From positions 295,782 to 359,781 of the forward strand of contig JBFMAF010000037.1 in the NCBI GenBank assembly GCA_040755995.1: DNA of 64,000 bases, written 5' to 3'. The DNA is from Acidobacteriota bacterium (GTDB lineage Bacteria; Acidobacteriota; CAIWXX01). Both the position numbers and the translations under genes were made by a program. The number at the start of each line of letters is the position of its first letter. Within the stretch, counting starts at the first letter, position 1. Of this stretch, positions 61,150 to 64,000 are shown one piece after another. The notes under the pieces are model-generated. The model was not told the DNA's origin, did no database searches, and was given only the letters and a program-made list of their open reading frames with translations.

Positions 61150-62057
61150 GAGTCGGGGTTTGGGGGGCAGGTTCGCTGGGGTCGGCAATGGTTTACCGCC
61201 TCGCAACGGCGACATTTGTCTCCGAGTTGGTCTGGATCAACCGCACGCTGACCAACATAGAAAGCCGCTGTGTGGACATCGAGCATGGTCTGGCCTTCGC
61301 GCCGTGTTGCCGAAGCGTCGTTGCGTGCTCGCAAGTGCGCGCCAACGCGGTCTTGACCGGAATCGAGCTTCTGGTCCTGACCCCCGGTGGGGCGGTTCCC
61401 CCGGGCGGAAGCCGCGCGGACCTATACCCTGCTAATGCTCGGATGTTTAGGGAGACAGTGCTGCCTGCTCTGCGATCCTTCTCGGGCGTCGTGATTGTGA
61501 TCACGAACCCGGTGGATCTCATGGCCCGTTTGGTTGCGGTGGAAACGCCGCTGCCCGCAACACGCGTGCTGGGGTTGGGAACCGTCGTTGAGACGGCCCG
61601 GCTCCGGGCCAGCCTTGGAGGCTATCTTCGGTCCAATCCGCCCGCCCGGACGCTCTCAGCCTTCGCCATCGGCACCCACGACGAATGGTTCGTGCCGGTG
61701 TTGCCTCCGGAATGGCTGTTGGGCGAGCAGATGACCGATGCCGAACTGGCCGGCATCCGCGATGCCGTGCGGAGGGAGGTTGTGGGAGGCGCGGCACGCG
61801 TGAAGCAAGGCCAGGCCTCGACGATCCACCCGATCGTCGAAGGCATGCTTTCAGTCGCTGAAGCTGTGGCGGGAGATAGTCATTCCGTGCTCACGGTTTC
61901 GACGCTGGATCCTGAAGATCCCGACCGGTTGTTCTATTCGGTGCCCTGCCGAATCGGGCGCGAGGGGGTCGTGCACCGGGATCGAGAACTGGCCACCCGC
62001 GACCCAATCCGGAGTGAACTTCGTGAGGGGCAGGAGAGAATGCGCAGGCAGATCTGA
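61146..62057 (+). CDS. LDH/MDH-superfamily 2-hydroxyacid dehydrogenase, atypical
   Basis: GTG overlaps the STAS stop; GAGSLG, D.EHG, SRADL..N, TNPVD, GTVVETARLR, GTH, SVPC.IG..GV. Confidence 0.85.
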   Translation: MRVGVWGAGSLGSAMVYRLATATFVSELVWINRTLTNIESRCVDIEHGLAFAPCCRSVVACSQVRANAVLTGIELLVLTPGGAVPPGGSRADLYPANARMFRETVLPALRSFSGVVIVITNPVDLMARLVAVETPLPATRVLGLGTVVETARLRASLGGYLRSNPPARTLSAFAIGTHDEWFVPVLPPEWLLGEQMTDAELAGIRDAVRREVVGGAARVKQGQASTIHPIVEGMLSVAEAVAGDSHSVLTVSTLDPEDPDRLFYSVPCRIGREGVVHRDRELATRDPIRSELREGQERMRRQI

Positions 62058-62099
62058 GTCCACATCGAGCGCAGCTAAACACAGACCGGAATGCCGAGA

Positions 62100-62240
62100 G
62101 CGTGAAAGTGGCGAGGGCCGATATCCTCGCCGGCAGGATTCGGCACCGGCACCAGGAAGAGGAGGATGGCGTCGAGAATTCCGCGAGGCAAGTTCACGAA
62201 GAACAGCCAACGCCAATGCAGACCCGCAGTGATCAACCCA
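62100..62240 (-). pseudogene. MFS (DHA2-type) fragment
   Basis: Hand translation GLITAGLHWRWLFFVNLP.GIL. Confidence 0.5.
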
Positions 62241-62570
62241 CACGTACTCTGCTGCGACGAGGTCGGCTACCCCTCATACGGCCCTGACGCCGGCCAATCT
62301 CCTCTTCCACGTCGTCAAGCCAGGCATCTCGATGAACGACCGATTGCCTTAACAACGAACAAGCCGCTCAACGCGTAAGGCAGCGTGTTACATGACTTGG
62401 ATCCGGCCGCCGCCTCATCATCGATCGAACGTCCGAGCGAGGGCGGTTCCTCACTCTCAACGGACCTTCATTGAGAACCGTCACCTCAAACTTGACGAGC
62501 CCTGTCCTTCGCGATGTAAACTGGCCAGAATCTCTGGAAACAAAGCGCCACAGTCCCCGGAACCCAGTAT
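62238..62570 (+). mobile_element. istB: Degraded IS21-family istB 3' remnant
   Basis: VLCCDEVGY (Walker B), ANLLFHVV, LTTNKPL, VLHD..A..IIDR..ERG...L.GPS.R, ARISG...PEP, with frameshifts and a stop. Confidence 0.75.
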
Positions 62571-62712
62571 CATGAGGGCGAGCTACCACCGCACGGAAAA
62601 GGTGGCCTCGCGAAACGCGAGCAGTCCCCGTGACGATCGCTACGAGTTTGACGTGGACGCCGAGTTGTCCTACTATCGTCACATCGAGACCACCCTCCAG
62701 GAGGTTATCAAC

Positions 62713-63195
62713 ATGACGCTCCCCGAAATCATCTCAGGGATGAAACCATCGGAAATCATTACTGCTTGCGTCGCCGTCTATGGCGCGATCTTGGCCACGT
62801 ATACTCAGTTGAAGCAATGGAAACAGAGCACGCCGAGAATACGCGTAAGAATAAGCCACGGATTCACCACCTCGGAACCGCCGCCCTATGGCACGGGCAT
62901 GAGTGATCCCATGATTATTCTCGAAGCGCTCAATATCGGCATGCGGAGCATCTGGCTCAGCTCGTTCTACATCGGACTACCGGACAAGACTGTGATGATC
63001 TTCCCGTACCTTGCTCAAGGAAAGTTGCCTTGCGAACTCCCTTCAGAAAAGAGCCTCACGCTATGGGTTGGTCATAAGGAGGCTGTTCAGCAGTTGAAAG
63101 CGAAGGGGTTCACTGGCAAGTTGAAGATCCGCGGCATATACGGGGACCAAGTGGGTAGACGGTACAAGAGCAAGGGCTTCACCATTGAAGTCTAG
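62713..63195 (+). CDS. Hypothetical membrane-anchored protein (160 aa)
   Basis: RBS AGGAGGT before ATG 62713; N-terminal TM-like segment then a beta-rich domain; AT-richer; the track ORF from 62392 includes the istB relic. Confidence 0.7.
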   Translation: MTLPEIISGMKPSEIITACVAVYGAILATYTQLKQWKQSTPRIRVRISHGFTTSEPPPYGTGMSDPMIILEALNIGMRSIWLSSFYIGLPDKTVMIFPYLAQGKLPCELPSEKSLTLWVGHKEAVQQLKAKGFTGKLKIRGIYGDQVGRRYKSKGFTIEV

Positions 63196-63936
63196 AAAGG
63201 AGTTCCCGCAGCCCGACAAACTCGTGTGCAGGGCCGACATACCCTCACCCCGACCACCCGTGCTCCTTGCATCCAGAGGAGGCGCTGGCTCCGGCGCTCA
63301 CGACAAATGTACCACCTGTGCTCTCCAAAACCGGCCGACCTGAAACGGCGTCTCTGCGAGTCATTCCGCACAGTTGCGGGTTCCGCAGCCCTTGGTGCGC
63401 GCCAAGCCCCGGCTTCTCTCTGGAAGATGAACACGATCCCCGGATGGTCTCGGCTATTGGTGCGTGCCACGCCTGGCTCACAATTCGCCATGAGCATCCG
63501 AGTGGGCGCCTCAGTCTTGGAGAGCAGAGACCGACCGTTTTTCGTGAGCGGCGAGGTCGAGCACCTTGGCGCCTCGGCCGCGACGACTCGAAGCTGGAGC
63601 GCGACCTCACCAACACCGCTTTCGAAAAGCGCCGCGGGCGGCTGTTGAAGAAGCGGGCGGCGAGGAGATCGGTCGATGAGCAGTCGGCACGCCTTATGCC
63701 TCTTGCGGGCCGCGGTCGACTCCGCGTCTCCCCTTGCTCCAGCGACCGGCATTCACTCCGCGTCCAGCGGTCGCGCCAACCGTCGCGGACTCTGGTATTT
63801 GCCCCCACTGCTCTGCGGCAAGTTATCAGAAACAGGCTGGGACAGTCGCTACTTCTTGCACCCAGATCCGGGGCCCTCTGTGCCAACATGCATGAGACAC
63901 CGACCTGCCATACAATTACTGTAGAGGGCGGGGAGA

Positions 63937-64000
63937 ATGAGCACAATGAGCAGAGTGACGGAGAAGGAGACCGCGGTGGAGCAGCAACCCGCCGTTGTGG
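63937..64000 (+). CDS. Possible 5' end of a gene running off the window
   Basis: GGGAG followed by ATG codons and an open frame to the window end. Confidence 0.35.
   Translation, partial: MSTMSRVTEKETAVEQQPAVV

Noticed and set aside
62392..62712. N-terminal 107 aa of track ORF 62392-63195
   Set aside because: Partly the istB relic; a strong RBS supports ATG 62713
63879..63895. Third TGTGCCA enhancer-like site
   Set aside because: Single half-site with no palindrome and no second site 20 bp away
63192..63930. Several overlapping ORFs on both strands
   Set aside because: No recognisable motifs or convincing starts; probably degraded sequence

Overview
GC-rich bacterial window. The gene content (membrane Ser/Thr kinase-TPR proteins, paired MacB-type permeases, a sigma54 activator) suggests an Acidobacteriota-like organism; this is inference only. 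Housekeeping and metabolic genes (PatD-like aldehyde dehydrogenase, class III aminotransferase plus methylmalonate-semialdehyde dehydrogenase, uppP, PPK2, SDR, acnA, class II RNR nrdJ with tandem NrdR boxes) are interspersed with secreted proteins, transporters and many gene relics that look like products of internal deletions. No rRNA, tRNA or CRISPR array was recognised. Two modules stand out. (1) 59.5-62.1 kb: a tightly coupled three-gene operon, probably leaderless, encoding an XRE-HTH/PP2C phosphatase/RsbW-type kinase triple fusion, a STAS protein and an atypical LDH/MDH-fold dehydrogenase. It has no sigma factor and lies among gene debris next to an IS21 remnant. (2) 33.3-41.8 kb: a GAF-sigma54 activator and kinase-TPR locus with two sigma54 promoters that share the same enhancer, middle and -24/-12 elements at near-identical spacing, each upstream of a secreted beta-propeller gene. 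All calls come from motif recognition by eye; no searches were run.
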